Assembly (NCBI GenBank): GCA_043228905.1
Contig: JBHGNT010000004.1
Span: 9,300,001 to 9,364,000 of the forward strand
DNA: 64,000 bases
Origin: Azolla caroliniana
Taxonomy: Eukaryota > Plantae > Polypodiophyta
Direction of reading: 5' to 3'
This document shows, in pieces, positions 60,893-64,000 of this stretch. The notes under the pieces are model-generated. The model was not told the origin of the DNA. It worked only from the letters and a program-made list of their open reading frames with translations, and searched no databases. The translations under genes and the position numbers were made by a program. How positions within the stretch are numbered: the stretch's first letter is position 1; the number at the start of each line of letters is the position of its first letter.

Positions 60893-63800
60893 CGTTAGTA
60901 TGGTATTCCTCGTAAGGAATAATTTTGGGAGTTAGTGTAGTAAGCTCATTTATGAGCAGTCAAGTACTGTCAGTACTTGTGTCAGCCCAATTGTCAGGGC
61001 TTGTATAAAAGGTGCTCACTAAGCATGATCTATATACAGAGCGCCATTATTTTTGAAATAGAACTAAGTTGTCTGCTCTCTATCTATCTCTCCATCTCCA
61101 TCTCCATCTTTGTGTTTCCTGAGTTTACCAAACTGTCTTATTTTCGAACTGTGTACTCTGTGTTTATGCACACGCTTCCGCACACATATTCTTTACATGG
61201 TATCAGAGCGCGAGGGTTGAAGTCCTCTGCAGCCGACAAGAAAAGCTTGCGACAAAACAAAGTTGAAGTTGTTCATCATTTTTTTTCGAAAAAGAAACAA
61301 GACAGCAATATGGACAAAGGTATGGGAAGCTCGCTACCGACTGAAAAGCTCGATAGGAGCAACTACACATCTTGGTCGTAGAAGATGCACCAATACCTGC
61401 TCGGTCATGACTACTGGAGTTATGTCGAAGGAGCTAATGATGTAGCACCCGATTCGACACACAGAGATTTCTTGGCTTGGGAACAAGCGGCAAGCAGAGT
61501 TCTCTACTACTTTGCATCCTATGTGATAGACCAACTATTGAGCTATATTTGGGATGCTAACACGCCAAAGGACGCATGCGCAAATCTGAAAAAGCTTTTC
61601 GCCGCAAGCACAACGGCCAGGAAGCTGCATCTTAGGCAGGAGCTCAGTAATGTTCGGCAGAAAGATTTGTCTGTGGCTGATTACACGGCCCGAATCAGGA
61701 AAATTTGTCACTCACTCGCCTCCGTCAATGTGAATGTCGAGGAGGACGAGATGGTGCAAGTGTGCGTTGGTGGGCTAGTGTCTAGGTTCGGAGCTTTCCG
61801 AACGACGGTCTGTACGAGGGACAATACGCCTTTATTCTTCGAGCTTTAGTCAATGTTGCTCGTGGAGGAAAATCACATGGGTGCGTTGACGAATACGCAT
61901 GCTGACGGGAAGATGCTGTACACGGAGGAAGATAGGCCCCGTGGTCATGGTGGACGAGGCAGATCGGCGCGCAATGGAGGCGGCCGACAAGAGCAGAACA
62001 AGCAGCATAATCGAAATGTCGACAACAGTTCCGGACCCTTGACAAGCAGGGCGAGTCTTGGCGGCGCCGAAAGCCGGCAAGATAAGGCCGCGTCGGAATG
62101 CTGGTATTGTGGCAAGAAAGGCCACAAGGAGAGCGAGTGCTGGAAAAAGAGAGCCGATTCAGAGAAAGGTGGATCGAGCTGAAGAGACAGAGAGAGGCGT
62201 CAGAGATCGCACTACGCAGAAGGCTTTGAACGAGTCGGAAACAAATCGGGCAAGCCTTCGTAATGAAACATAAGGCCAATTCTATGGCCTTAAACACCTC
62301 GAGATCGAGCGAGGTGTGGTATGTTGATTCCGGAGCGTCAAATCATATGATGAGTCACGAGGAATGGTTGTCGTACTTGGAGAAACCAGAATCGCAAGGA
62401 GTGGTCGAAACGGGCGACGACACTCCGCATACCATCGAACATGTCGGCGAAGTTCCCCTCAGCCACGTCGGGCAGAAAGAGAAGCTCATGAACGTGTTGC
62501 ACGTCCCAACAATAACGAAGAACCTGGTGTCGGTCGGTCAGATCGTCGACCAGGGAATGCAAGTTCGATTCACGCATTTCCGCTACTTCATAGAAGAGCA
62601 AGGCAAAGTAATCGCACAAGGGCGCCGTGAAGGGAGGATGTTTATCCTCGAAACCAACAATGTGGGCACTGTTATGTACGCGAAAGGACAAAAGGTCGAA
62701 TCGGATATTGACCTGTGGCACAAGAGATTCGGCCACATAAATTTCCCATGGCTTCGTGAGATGCAGACGAAGAACATTGTTTTCGGCTTGCCAAAATTCT
62801 GGGGCCGTAATGGCCAAGTCTGCGAAGCTTGTCAGATGGGAAAAGAACACCGACTTCCATTCCCCAATGAGCGTAATCGTAGTCGAAGTTTGCTGGATTT
62901 GATCCATTCGGATGTGTGGGGACCGACACAGAACGTGAGTCTCGATGGAAACTGTTACTTTGTAACCTTCATCGACGACTTCACTCAGCACACGTGGGTA
63001 TGCACAATCGCGAAGAACAACGAAGTCTTCACATGTTTCCTAAAGGTGAAGAGCCTTGCGGAAAGGGAAACAGGGCGTAAGATCAAATGCCTACGGTCCG
63101 ATGGCGGGAAGGAGTACTTCTCCGACCAGTTCACAAGTTATCTATAGGAGGAGGGAATTCGACGCGAATTCTCGTGTAGATACACGCCACAACAGAACGA
63201 CTTGGTCGAGTGGAAGAATCGTACAATCGAAGAAGTGGCCAGGGCAATGCTTGAAGAGAAGCATATGCCGAAATTCTATTGGTCTGAACCTGTGAGACGA
63301 CAGTCTACCTGCAGAATCTGACTTTTGCTAATGGAGAAGTGTCGCCACATGAGCTGTATTTCTGGAAGAAGCCGAACTTGGCAAACTTGAGGATTTTCGG
63401 TAGCATTTTATATGAGCATGTGCCGAAGGAAAAGAGGAGGAACCTGGATGCCAAAGCCGAAAAGTGCATCTTAGTCGGCTATCCAGACGAGCAGAAGGGG
63501 TATAAATGTTATAACCCCTAAACAAAGGAAGTACGCGTAAGTCAAGATATCGTGTTCGACGAATCCGCTTCGTGGTACTTGCCTTCATCCCTAACTCCTC
63601 ATAACTCCATTCCGAATTCTGAGGACGAAGTTAGCGAGGCCAAAATGCCCCCGCACGATGAAGAAGTCGGAGCTCTGAGAGAGAGTCCGATCTCATTTCG
63701 GCTAAGTGGACCGAAATGGCCAACCTATTGAAGAGACGGCGAGTAGTGGCGACTCAGGCGTGATGTCCCCACGTAAAGAACCGAGGAGACGGTTTACGCG

Positions 63801-64000
63801 CAAGGAGAAGGGCAAGAAGAAAATGTTGGAGTATGATTTCAACAACACCGAGTCAGTTTGGAGCGAATCTGACATCGAGTCGATCGTAAAGAAACCTCCG
63901 CGGAAGAGGTCAAAATCGGCCAAAAAGGTCGTGAAATCGGGTAATCACGAATTACGTCAATCTACCCGCCTGAAGAACCCCGTGAAGAGATACGGGTACA
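60893..64000 (+). mobile_element. Decayed Ty1/copia 5' part (LTR ends 61197, PBS 61198-61209, gag-PR-INT), runs off the window
   Basis: TGGTATCAGAGC; CWYCGKKGHKESEC; WYVDSGASNHM; HSDVWGP; KCILVGY. The LTR start is approximate. Confidence 0.88.

Overview
Plant nuclear DNA, probably a non-seed plant such as a fern or lycophyte. This is inferred from Tf1/sushi(Tcn1)-type chromoviruses occurring together with tRNA-Trp-primed non-chromovirus Ty3/gypsy elements. About 90% of the window is nested LTR retrotransposons. (1) Four self-priming chromovirus copies: A 19-27921, B 2859-5180, D 12223-23350 and H 43963-59190. (2) A tRNA-Trp-primed lineage: one decayed autonomous-type element (G 45480-57767) and gag-only elements (C 2009-24413 and the triple-LTR element E 14400-20929). 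(3) Three loci of a young Ty1/copia family: 6670-12083, the rearranged inverted locus 35639-43962, and 47254-52621. (4) Several older copia remnants. Only one host-like gene is present: an intronless, secreted, apolipoprotein-D-type lipocalin (32068-33267) whose beta-barrel is split by a ~185-aa helical insertion. The most striking unexplained pattern is in the LTRs. Five LTR types from two distant gypsy lineages carry a tRNA-like Pol III A-box/B-box cassette in U3. It is always antisense to the element, ~110-250 bp upstream of the TATA box, with tRNA-exact box spacing but a scrambled anticodon arm. All coordinates were read by eye and may be off by a few bases.
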